Assembly (NCBI GenBank): GCA_021432655.1 | Contig: MU271490.1 | Location: forward strand, 11,684 to 53,741 | Length of the DNA: 42,058 nucleotides | Reading direction: 5' to 3' | Origin: Atractiella rhizophila | Lineage: Eukaryota | In this document: piece by piece, positions 1 to 11,165 of the stretch | How the letters are laid out: each line of letters begins with the position of its first letter | Position numbering within the stretch: position 1 is the first letter of the stretch | Notes under the pieces: generated by a model | What the model saw: the letters and a program-made list of their open reading frames with translations, nothing else | What the model was told of the DNA's origin: nothing | The model's database searches: none | Program-made: the position numbers and the translations under genes

Positions 1-699
1 TTGAAAAGGCATCATCAGGTCAGGAACTGTATGGAAAGGATGAAGGAGCTACACGAACGCGAACTTCTCCTCCTCCACCAACAACAAATTGCGACCGACC
101 AGAATGGATGGGGTCAAGTGTATTTCGTCCATCCCTCGACTAATCTTAATTCTGAAACCGTTAATGTCTGTGTCTCGCGTAAGTCTCCCTTCTCTCCATC
201 GAATAAAATCTTTTTTGGCTCACCATTTTGTATTGCGTATAGCGGACTCTCTCCCTGCCCATCCTTTGCAATCCGTTTTGTTCCCATTCAACGTCATCCA
301 GCATTGATATTGACTCTCAGAAACGAATCATGACGCCAAGTAAAGACGGTTTGAGCCTAGTTCGCATTGCTTCTGACTTTCGTACTTGTTTGTCTCTTTC
401 AAGCAAAAGTTCTTAGCTGTTGGCAACATTACTTATAATTCCTCTCTTCTATGTCTCGGTTGAGTGAAAATTGCTCTGTTCGTCAGGTGCATGTGAGTTT
501 TCATGTGTATGCTTCCTGAATAAGTGAGCTGTCCAGTGTTAGAGATCCAGGTGTAAGACAAATTGTCAGGATGAAGAAAAGCGAAATTGTAATATTGTAT
601 CACTTTATCGTTGCAATCAAAGCCTACTCTAATGATCCATATTTACTATAAGCGCGCCAGTGCCTGTTGATAACTTCTGACAATTCCACACCCCGTCGC

Positions 700-3625
700 T
701 CAGGTATCACCACTATGCCTGATGAACAAGCGGGTCAACCGATTCTTCGCCCACTTGATGTCCTGCCAGAGTTCCGTGTCCCTTTCCGTCTTCCCACCCT
801 CAGCAACGTTCTGCCGGTCATCAAGGTAATAGTTTGTCATAAAGAGGGCGAGGAAGACGGGGATGACCGCTGCCTCTCCAGGTTAGATGCAATCAACAAT
901 CAGAAAGAGCGGAACTTACAGACAATCAAAGACGCAAGATAGAGCGGGTACACGGTGTCGTTATAAGCTAGAATAACCGCGGTCCGGATCTCAGGAGGCG
1001 AGAATCGAGCGACAGTGATAGAGTTGTAGATCTCGTTGATTTCCGTCTCGTTTGCTAGACCTTTCAGCTCTCTAGCCAGGTTTTTCGGCATGCCGTCGCT
1101 GACCAGATTTCTCCTCAGTCAATTGTCGTAAAAGAGCATAGCACCTACGTCCAAACAGCCGTGGCGATGGCGTTGCCGATGGATCCTCCAAGAAAAGAGT
1201 AGAGGGAATAGATGGCTTGAGCAGACGCGAGGGTTCTGTGAGGAACCGAACCTTGAGCCGCGGACTGAAGATTTGCTGAATCAGTGAGCTGTGGTGAAAG
1301 TGGCGTGCCTACCGTATTGCAGACAACGTGAATACCTGCACTGAACGAGCTTAAAACTCGACTCCAAACTAAGGCTACATCTCTGCAGCTTATGATGAAC
1401 TGGTAATCCGCGAGGCTGAATAGGCTCACGTTGCGTTCTCGCCCATGGCATACAGCTGAATGCCTTTTGCACTGTGGGAAGGGGCGTGAGCTTGCGCATA
1501 CCTCTAGTATGCCCCCTTACATGATCTGAAGTGCTAAACCCGCAAAATTGAAGTACTACATGTCCAATGGATGAGTCCTGATACCGTTGAGACGAATGAA
1601 GCATTACCTTAAACCTTTTGTGTACTCTTAGGACGGTTCCTGCAACGAGGCCAAAGAAAGAGAGCCCAACCGTCGAGATATTCTGAACATCATAAGTCAG
1701 GGATGACCAGGGATGGAACTCTGTCCTCACAGAAAAGTAGGTGTAGTTTTTAGTTGACCTGTTGCGGTCCCCTCGGCCCGGCTCAGAAGGAGAGAGGAAA
1801 CTCAACATACCAGTCCTTAATGACATAGATCCAACTGAGATAATAGGTGTCCGCAAGTGAGGTTACACAGAAGGCAACAACCTCCGCTTGACAGGCTATC
1901 AGGAAGTTCTATGGCACGGGTACGAGGCATGAGGGTGGAAAGTCTGCTTGACAAGTGGGCTCACCTTGTTCAGGATGTCTTTCGTGATAAGTGGCCGAGT
2001 TGCGACCTTGATCTCCCAGTAGAAAAAACCAACTTGAAGGACGCCACCGACCACAAACATGGCGATGAGTGAGGCTACAAAGCATACATAAGTATCAAAT
2101 AGACATTGTGATGTATGTACCATTGGCCCATCCATGGTCTGCAGTAGCGGATAGTGTGAACGGCAGCAGCAATAACGTCCAGGAAAACCCTGTCAGGATC
2201 AAACCGAAACCGTCGATCTCATTGTAATAGTGCCACGCGAGGTCAACGAAGCGAAAACGCAGAGCAGGAACGTAGAGCGCGGCCTGCTTGGACTTGGGCG
2301 GTAACAAACGCTTCGCCTTGTAATCACCCCAGAACAAGATGATCTGACAAGGGTTAATACTGTGAGAGGGAAGGCTTCATCGGCTTACGATAGCTGGAAT
2401 GGTCACCGCGGGAACTATGTTCAGGTTTAGATTAATGGTCCAACGTGTTGAACTGACATACCCATAATGGCAAACATTCCGTAGGCTGAGGACGATGTCA
2501 GTTACCACTTAGCTTTCGAGGTTGGAACCTAGTACCCCATCTCCAATTGGATAAACCGATACCTGACAAATGGATTGTCAGTACACAATACAACGGACTA
2601 CACACATCGCATACCTTCGGTAATGTAACCAGAGATGAACGGGAACACTGTACGATCAAGCTATTCAGGGGAATTGTGCACCAGAAAATGAAGCCGTTTA
2701 CAGATATATGGGACGGAGCTGAGGCCGTTAGCTGACAAGAGAGTGAACAACCGCGGAACAGATACAAACCAACAACAGACCAAGCGCCCTCCATTTCAGC
2801 GATGTGATGTCAGCGATCAGGATGCCCTGAAGCAGAAATAATCCACCCGACCCTACAGCATATATGACCTGACCTGGAACCATATCAGTCTCTCGTTGCT
2901 CTTCTTCCTCGCCTGATACACACCTCCTGCAATCTGCTGCACGGTCTGGCTGGCAGCAACCACTGCAAAACCGATAGCGAACAAAACGATTGCTGGATCC
3001 CACATTCAGAAAAGGAGTCCGAGTCGCATTGAGAGACACACTCAGCGTCAATGCAACGGGGCGAGTCCCCACATCTGCTCAATGCCAAATTGTTGAGCTT
3101 CGGTCTCTCACCTAGCTGAGTGACGAACCTGCAATTTTTGCGACGAAGGGCTGACAGACCGATCTAATCGAAGCGTATCAGATGGAACTTTGAAGGACAG
3201 AACAGGCGGCATACTGCGCTATCCCAACTACCACTTGAATTGTCCCATAGAAAGCATGATGACCGAGTCCAGAGGTTGCGAATTGAAGAAAAATAAGGGC
3301 AGTATTCGAACTGACTGCTTTCAGCCTTCGTCTCTTCGAAAGGCGAGAAAGCACACCTAAGGGCATATGCTGTCGCTAGCAAGCCGATAGAAATGTAAAG
3401 CAACCAGATCGCGTTACCGCGATCCTTGAAAACCTGATAAAGCAGAGAAATTCTCGTCACTCCTTGTACTGCTTCATTTAGCTCGTTTTTCGAGTTGGTG
3501 GTACCTGCAGGGAGGCTCTGAAGAGTTCTACAGGTGGCAATAACGTCGGCCTGCTCGATATCGATACCATGTTTCTCATCAGAAAAAGAGGTTTGTTCGG
3601 CTTTCGAAATTTGGATATCAGACAT
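700..3625 (-). CDS. Siderophore-iron transporter, MFS SIT/MirB/Arn family (multi-exon)
   Basis: Spliced translation gives family motifs: YAVGSGGLFLLQGILIADITSLKWRAL, NWRWAYGMFAIMVP, EIDGFGLILTGFSWTLLLLPFTL, AAQGSVPH, GGSIGNAIATAVWT, RTAVILAYNDT. ATG 3625; TGA at 700-702 after ...NYYLDDRQNVAEG... Confidence 0.9.
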
Positions 3626-4349
3626 CTTTGTGTCTTTTATTGCGAAGGTAAAAGCTTGCTAAAGAGGAAGTGGGAGGGTCGACCTTTTATGTCCGCCTGC
3701 TGACATATATGTACGAATCCAAGCAAGCAGGCTTTTCGCTCATCCGGAGTGGTCCTCAAAGCACCACATGCATATTGAGCACCTGAACAGCAGGAAATCT
3801 AAAGGACCCTTCACGGATTTATGAAACCTCCATCCTGATCAGAACATTGAAAGAGGGCATGCAGGGCTAGCAATTACGCCAGTCAGCTCTCTGCTTGCAT
3901 TAGTAGTAGGTATATCATAGTTGAGCGTCCAAAGCAATGTTTGCTGTGAAGCATAGACGGAGCATGACGCACTCTTTTCTCTTACTCTTTGATGTAGAAA
4001 GCAAAAATATCTCAAACGGAGATCACCCCACGAAAGAAGACTAAGAGGTCTTTCTGCTTGCAATGAAATGACGGCCTCCAACACCCAATTTGATCACAAA
4101 GTCATGTCAGAACGTACCATGGGCTCGAAAGTTGAAACAAAGAGTCCATGATTGAGTTCGCTCTCCCACACTGATAGCTACGTATCTGTTCCTTTGCATC
4201 ATAATATTCGATGGCTCGCACAAGTGGCTCTACGGCATTTGTGCGAGCTGTGTGAGGTGCTGCAGTTATACCCTTTGGGGCCAGTTAGAAATATTTTCTC
4301 GCAACTGAACCTTCCCTTCCCGCTTGCTAGGTCGCGCTTAGGACACGAT

Positions 4350-4688
4350 ATGGGTAAAGCCAAGCAAGCAGGGGAGAAGAAACGAACGTCGAAAATGTCG
4401 GAACAGGCGTCCCTCAAAAAACCGAAGAATGATCGAGCAGCCAAGAATGTGAAGGTGAAAAAGGCACAGTCTGAAGCTTTACGACACTCTCTGGACTCGG
4501 ATCGAGCTCAACTTGTATTGAGGTTGAGTATGGGACACCATCCGGGAAGCGAAGTTGTGCGTTTTTCTTTCTACTTGTTCACTTCACCTTGACGATTGAC
4601 GGACTGTTATGCATCAAAGGCTTTTAAACGAAAAGAACCAACGGATCTATCTTTCCTAGACTCCTTACAAAAGCTCTCGACTGACTGA
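4350..4688 (+). CDS. Small Lys-rich hypothetical protein (~91 aa, 2 exons)
   Basis: ATG 4350 MGKAKQAGEKKRTSK...; phase-0 intron 4557-4619 (GTGCGT...TTGAC...AAG) joins AFKRKEPTDLSFLDSLQKLSTD* (TGA 4686-4688). No family recognised. Confidence 0.5.
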
Positions 4689-5797
4689 AGCATCACACGA
4701 GCTCTAAAGCTGAGTATGCTGCCGAAGAACGATGGGTCACAACCACCCAATACAGGGAGGAAGGAGGAACTGATGAAGTCGTAACGATGTGTGATTCTAT
4801 CGTAGGAGATGTGAATTGCATGTTCCGTGCGCATCCCATTTCGTAATTTTCTCTTGTCTTCTGGTGAGAAGGCAAATATCCTCCGACCGTCGCTGTCAAA
4901 AGCTTTCTATGCTGCACATGTTTTCATCTCCTATAAATAGGGGGAGGCGTGTTTCCGTCCCTGTTCATTCCTTTTCGTTAACCACAAGCGGCACTTCCGT
5001 TCGATGGAGAGGGGAAAACTCAAAGTTGTCTGAACTGATAGGCTTCGATGGAGCGGAGATGAACAACTCAGCAGCAGCAATGTCTCGAAGTGAATTGGAG
5101 CTATTTTCAGCGGTTGGCCTCCCTGTGGTCGGATAGACTACATAACTGAGGCTTAATATTATCAGAATAATGTCGATACTTCGGAGCTTTGGAGGCACGC
5201 TATACACTTGGTTGATGGTGTTGTTTCGCTTTACCCCTACTGTGTAACTTCATTAGGAACAGTTTCTAAGTTCGTTCTTCACACGGTTCATGCCGACTAT
5301 CGCAGAATAGTTAGACATTGTTGGACAAGAACATGTTCATCCCTTTGATGTCATTGTCATCAGACAAGGAGTTGAACAACTGGCGGGTCCGGGAACTTAG
5401 TTTTCTGCATCAAACACTCACTTGGCGACTTCAAACATGCTATTTCTCGTCCTCTGAACTCATTCAAAGCCTTCAGAAAGCTCTCTCAGCGCTCAAAAAC
5501 CTCGGATAAACAGTTCTGCTCACGTAATAAGCTTTAGTCCTGAGTAATAGAGTTTGCACGAGTTGGAATTGAGAAGAGGACGAATAGAGGATGAGCAGCT
5601 CCCCTTCATCCCGGATGTCGTAAATTATTGTCTGAATTGAGCCGAGAAACGGATCACAGGTTTAAGAAGTGGGGACTAGGTCGTTCGAGAACGCCGGGGG
5701 CTTTAAAAACGAAGGCACTTTCGTTTCACTTCCCCAAGCTGTCACCAGTCGCAACTCGAGACATCCATCAGTTTTCCTTTAGCTACATCATTTCAAA

Positions 5798-7406
5798 ATG
5801 GTCAAAGTGAGTGCGATTCGGCGCAAGTAGTGCACTGTTGAACTGAGGACGGTTGCAGATTTTGATGGTCCTTTACAAGGGTGGGGAGCACGCGGTGGAA
5901 CAACCTCGTCTCTTCGGAACCATTGAGAACAAGCTTGGCCTTGAAGAGTGGATTAAATCTCAAGGGCATGAGCTCATTGTGGTATGTCCTTTCCTGACTA
6001 CTTCTGCTTCGTCGAATAACGTGGAAAACAGACGGACGACAAGGAAGGAGAAAACTCTGTCTTTCAAAAGGAGATTGTTGAAGCCGAGATCCTCATCACA
6101 ACCCCTTTCCACCCAGGATACGCGACCAAGGACGTGATTGCAAAAGCCAAAAACCTCAAGCTCTGCGTTACAGCTGGTGTCGGTACGTCTGCTACATTCT
6201 ACCCAAACCACATTCAAACGGGAGACCGTCTAGGTTCCGACCACATCGATCTGACAGCTGCCAACGAGCGCAAAATTACCGTCGCTGAGGTCACGGGTTC
6301 CAACGTAGTGTCTGTCGCTGAACATGTTGTCATGTGCGTTTTCGGACCTTCTCTCTTGCTGCTGAATGGCCCTATTTACATCTTTGGTGCCTGAAAGGAC
6401 GATCCTCAACCTTGTCCGCAATTTTGTTCCCGCTCACGAACAAATCATTGGCGGAGACTGGAACGTTGCTGCCGTTGCAAAGAACGCTTATGATCTGGAG
6501 GGCAAGGTGGTAGGGACTTTGGGTAAGGAACATTGTGGCACGGTCAGCCTCTCTAATGGTTACGTCATGCAGGCGCCGGTCGCATAGGTTACAGAGTTTT
6601 GCAGCGACTTGTCCCATTCGACTGCAAGGAGTTGCTTTATTACGACTACCAACCTCTTCCCGCGGAAGCCGAAAAAGCAGTAAAGGCGCGACGAGTTGAA
6701 GATCTGAAAGAGTTTTTGGGACAACTTGGTTCGTTTCCTTTCCCGCGCTTTGTCGTATCTGACGCGAGTTACAGATGTCCTTACTGTCAACTGCCCTCTT
6801 CACGAGGGAACGAGGGGATTGATCAACAAGGAAACTCTTTCGTATTTGAAGAAGGGTGCATGGATAGTGAACACCGCTCGTGGTGCCATTTGTGTGAAGG
6901 AGGATGTTGCGGAAGCATTGAAGAGTGGACACATTCTTGGATATGGAGGAGACGTCTGGTTCCCCCAGCCTGGTTTGTGTTCCTACTTTAGGGAGAGATG
7001 ACATGGGTGACTTTTGTTTCCATCACAGCGCCGAAAGATCATCCCTGGAGGGACATGCGCAATGGCTCGGGTGGTGGTAACGCGATGGTAGCGTGCGTTA
7101 GTTCTGTTCTTCGTGCGTTCGAGTACTGATGAGACCTGCAGGCACTATTCTGGTACAACTGTGAGCGTCATTCCTTCCTCGACCATTTTGAAAGCAAGCC
7201 TAATGATGACCGAAACAGCTTGACGCTCAAGCGCGTTATGCTGCAGGAGTGAAACGCATCTTGACCTCGTACTTCGGAAACAAGGATTATACCCCCAGCG
7301 ATATCATTGGTACGTTTCGTCACTTTAATCCAGCCCTAATGTTGCGCTCATGCTCCATTCAGTGATCGATGGACAGTATGCCAGCAAGGCTTACGGGCAG
7401 CGTTAA
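5798..7406 (+). CDS. FDH1: NAD-dependent formate dehydrogenase
   Basis: MVK|ILMVLY...[98 protein letters not shown], ends KAYGQR* (TAA 7404-7406). Confidence 0.97.
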
Positions 7407-8119
7407 ATTTATGACGTGTATTAAATAGCATGACGGGACAAACAAGGTGCAAGAACAGCAATGTAGTTTTAACGGCCGGCAACCACACAAATGATGATCA
7501 ACAATTCGTGATTGCAATGTGTGATCCAGATTGAAAGCATTAGCTGTATGACACTCTGAGATATGAGAGATACCTTTTGCAGTTTAGGCCAAACTCCAAA
7601 ACAATAGCGCTAGCTATTCTGTCATTGACCCTGTGACATGCCTGCTAGTGGTCCATGTCCTCTCGATGTTGGTTACGACCTAATAAGGCCGGAAACAGTA
7701 TATTCCAACTTCCAACAAGGAGAACTCATGGATGTACGATGTTGTATGTGAGGCTGTGCCCGTGGGGGAAGGGGTAAGTTTAAGGCAGCTCACTAAACTC
7801 GTCATACGCATTCTCCGACCAGACGAAAATCTTTGTCACGACCTCTTCCCTCGTCCGCCACTTCCCATCCACATCCCTCCCCCTGTCACACTACTAAACT
7901 CGCCGTGGAGACGGCGTCAGCTCAAGTCCAAACCTGGTCACCTGCCAGAGCACGCTGGACAACACTGTTGAGAGTTTCGGTTCGGATCAAGCTGCGCTGG
8001 GTATGTATTGTAAGCTGGGATTGACGTTGCTCACTGCGCCTCTCAGAGTCGTACGATCACTTTAGGACGTCCAGCCTAACTTTTACTTTTACAAGGCTCC
8101 TAAGTTCTGAGAGCGAACG

Positions 8120-9906
8120 ATGAGCTCTCCTCAGTCGCAACCAGACGGAGCTCCCATCCGGCCTGCATCAAGCTATGGCACCATGGATAGATATCAAGTC
8201 CCATCCGCTACGGCATTGTCCCCTCCACCTCGAAGGTCGGGGTCCATTAGGAACAGCTATCGTCCCCCGTCCACATCCGCATCCGCATATTCCATTACTT
8301 CCGCTCGCACACTCAGATCTCCTTCGGTCCTCAGCAACCCTTCTACCTCCATGTCCATCGAAGCTAATGCGGCCAAACATGCTAGGAGGAGGTCGATACC
8401 CAATGTCTCGAGCTTCTCAATGACTGCGGAGAGAGGAAGGTTTTACGGTTACAGAGATTTTGACGTCGAGGGCTCTTCACGCTTTGCGCCGCTTAGTCTC
8501 GAGAAATCCCCGGAACGGGCGCCGCCTGTGGGTGTGAAAGAGGAGGAGAATGAGGAGGAGGAAGCCGAAAAGGTTCTAGAAGAAGAAGAGGAGGTGTTGG
8601 ATGCATCTACCTCTACATCCGAAGGGTCTAAGGATAAAGGGAAAGGAGTGGAAAGAGGAACAAGTCGGGAGCGCCGCTCGACGAACGCCTCAACTAGCTC
8701 TTCCGTGGACAAAACGTCCCTGATTTCGAGTTCAATAATGGAAGAGACCGAACCGGAGTTGATGGCCAATCCTCAATTCTCAACCTCTTCGGTCCTCCTC
8801 ACTCCCTTCTCATCAACCACCCCTTCCCTCAGCCAGGTCAACACCACTTCCTACCGCACTCATCAATCTTCTTCCTCTGGCGGTTTCTCAGCTGGCGCAT
8901 ACAAAACGAACGATTCGCCAATCGAGAAACCGATCAACTACTCGCTCCCCACATCGATACGAAACACACAGGACCCACAATCCCCTACATCACTCACCTT
9001 CGAGAAACCGGACCAGAATCGAAACTCGACACTGACCGTTCAACCGAACGTTTCGAAGACCGATCTAGTCTGGAATGAGCAGGAGGAGGCTGAGGTCCCA
9101 GTCACGGCGGAGAAGGAGCCGAAAAGGAGAGAGGGAAGTGCGGACGCGTCCAGCTGGATGTTCGGGGTTGAGGATAGCTGTGGGAGTAGTTTGAGGAGTA
9201 GCGTTCGAGATGGGGATATCAACGTTCGTCGTCATGTTTTCACGTCTGCAATGTGTGTAACTCGCTCCGGGCAGTCGATAGCACATTCTATTGGATCCTC
9301 CGTTGCTTCGGCTTCTCAATCGCAATCACCAACTCGCTACAACTCTCGTCAAGTAGCAAGAGAGAGGATATATCACCATGCACCACTCGACTTCGGACTC
9401 GCAGATATGAACAATATGAGTCCTACCGAACAACAATACCGGAGAATCGTTAACGAATACCAAGCCATTCAAGCGAGTTTTAAACGTACGAAGGAACAAA
9501 TAGAGAAGAAGCTCACAACAGTATATATATTTCTCCCTCCCATCAATGCTTCCATTTCTGATCGGGAGTGAAGGATGAGAAAATCGCGCTGGGCAACGCG
9601 GTCAACAAATTATGCGACTTCCGAGCATATAAAGGTGTGTTTCCACTGCTTTGCCTGTTCCTATCACTGATGTCTGGACTTACACTTGCTGTAGTGAACT
9701 GGGAAGCATACAATCGAAAAGAGATCCACAAATTCCAACTGGAAGCGCATATGGAATTCCCTCAGAAACTAAACAAATCGTCTAAAGACGTAGTCGGTTC
9801 CAGCGGGCCTGGATCGCCTCCCAGTGCCTCGAATAGCACTTTCTCATCCACAGGGAGCGGGACATTGGGGAGAAAGCTGTTTAAATTTGGCGGTCGAAGG
9901 ACATAA
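8120..9906 (+). CDS. Ser-rich, largely disordered hypothetical protein with C-terminal coiled coil
   Basis: 483-codon ORF, continued via two predicted introns (GTATAT...AAG near 9521-9574; GTGTGT...TAG near 9635-9694) to stop at 9906. Probable 5'UTR intron 8001-8046 (GTATGT...CTCAC...CAG). Confidence 0.75.
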
Positions 9907-10200
9907 TTTTCTTTACGTTTGACACGTCGTTCCGTGCTTCTTCAATCATTACTGTTGGTTTCATTTCTTGTACCATTTTAACGTAATCTTGGGATGCCCA
10001 GTATTTAAGTTTTTTGGATTAGTTGGATAGCAGTAGAAGTACAGTTCGTTTATCGTTGTTCTTTCCGTATTTTGGGTGGAGTTGGCCAGATCCCTCTTCA
10101 TTCGTTTGAGGATTATACCATGTCTGTATTACTCCAGTCTTTCATCGACACATAGTAACACTATTGCATTCGATTCCTAAAGAATCCTGCAGTAACGAAC

Positions 10201-10870
10201 CTATCCAAAGAATGTATCCTTCTTTGGAGCCCTCACTCGTCCCAAATAAAGGCTCGACGTCTTCTCCGCCATTTGCACCAACCCAGCAAGCGCATTCCAT
10301 GCCTCCTTCTGAATCTTATCGTCCGTCCTCGCATTCTCCCACTTCTCTTTATTCAATGGATTCCTCGGACCAGGCGCCTTTCCTACGCTCTCCTCGACTT
10401 CAGGAATCATGTACCCTGCCTCTTTGAGCCGGTTTCTATACGTGAACAGAGGATTGTTAGTCCACTGTATTGGTCCTGGATTGAGAGCATAGGGTCTATA
10501 TATGCCGCGAAGGGTGGAGAACTGAGGACGTTCGCGAGTGTGTGGAGGGAGGAGGAAGTACGTGAGATGAGACAAAGTGGTTGTTAGACGGTGCGGTAAG
10601 GAGCGACGGTAGTGCGCTGAGTAGTGTAGCATTCGCAGTGTATTTTCAACTGCGTTTTCATTACTGTCGTATCCGCTGGGGAGAAGAGAAAAACAAACTT
10701 CTCGATACCACAGTTGGAGGCAAACTCCCGTCATGCTGCCGGAGCAGGTACCGTAAGTGGTGGGCATAGAGATGTCGCAGGTGAGCAGTGGGATAGCGCT
10801 TATAGCCTACCGACGCGGCGGAGTAGCGTAGAAGCTGACGATAGAGTGAGCGAACGGATGCCAAATCCAT
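10201..10870 (-). CDS. LYR-motif / DUF1763-like probable mitochondrial protein
   Basis: MDLASVRSLYRQLLRYSAASV... joined by a 49-nt intron (GTTTGT...GTAAT...CAG) to IENTLRMLHYSA...LPHRLTTTL, ending DTFFG*. Confidence 0.7.
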
Positions 10871-11165
10871 GGTTTCAACATCTTGTGCATGCGCAGCACA
10901 CTCAAATGCTAGCACCCAGATAACATTTGCTGCGATTTCAATGCGACGCACAATACCATCAATGCCTAAGATACCAAAAGAGTTAAAGCTGTTGAATGTG
11001 CTTCATATTAGAAATGAGATGCAGCATATGCGGTGTGTACTGCTCTGCCGAAAGTGGTGAGCCAGTGGAAAGTTGTGTAGCATTCCTGTGCTCCGAACGA
11101 CACTTTACTTCATACATGGACGTCGCTGTCATAAAATAACCATTTTTTCTCAGAATCCCAAGCCG

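Noticed and set aside
1..333. 3' end of an upstream plus-strand gene
   Set aside because: Two frames are open at the window edge (to 143 and to 333) with no recognisable motif, so the coding frame cannot be chosen.
3626..4349. Iron-responsive GATA or HapX elements upstream of the siderophore transporter
   Set aside because: No paired GATAA sites or clear bipartite CCAAT motif visible.
4965..5207. Minus-strand ORF with a signal-peptide-like hydrophobic stretch
   Set aside because: It starts at GTG with an in-frame stop just upstream and no ATG; no convincing splice rescue was found.
6372..7004. Long antisense ORFs (e.g. 6372-7004, 21961-22617, 36477-37019)
   Set aside because: They are shadows of well-supported genes on the opposite strand and have no protein-like features.
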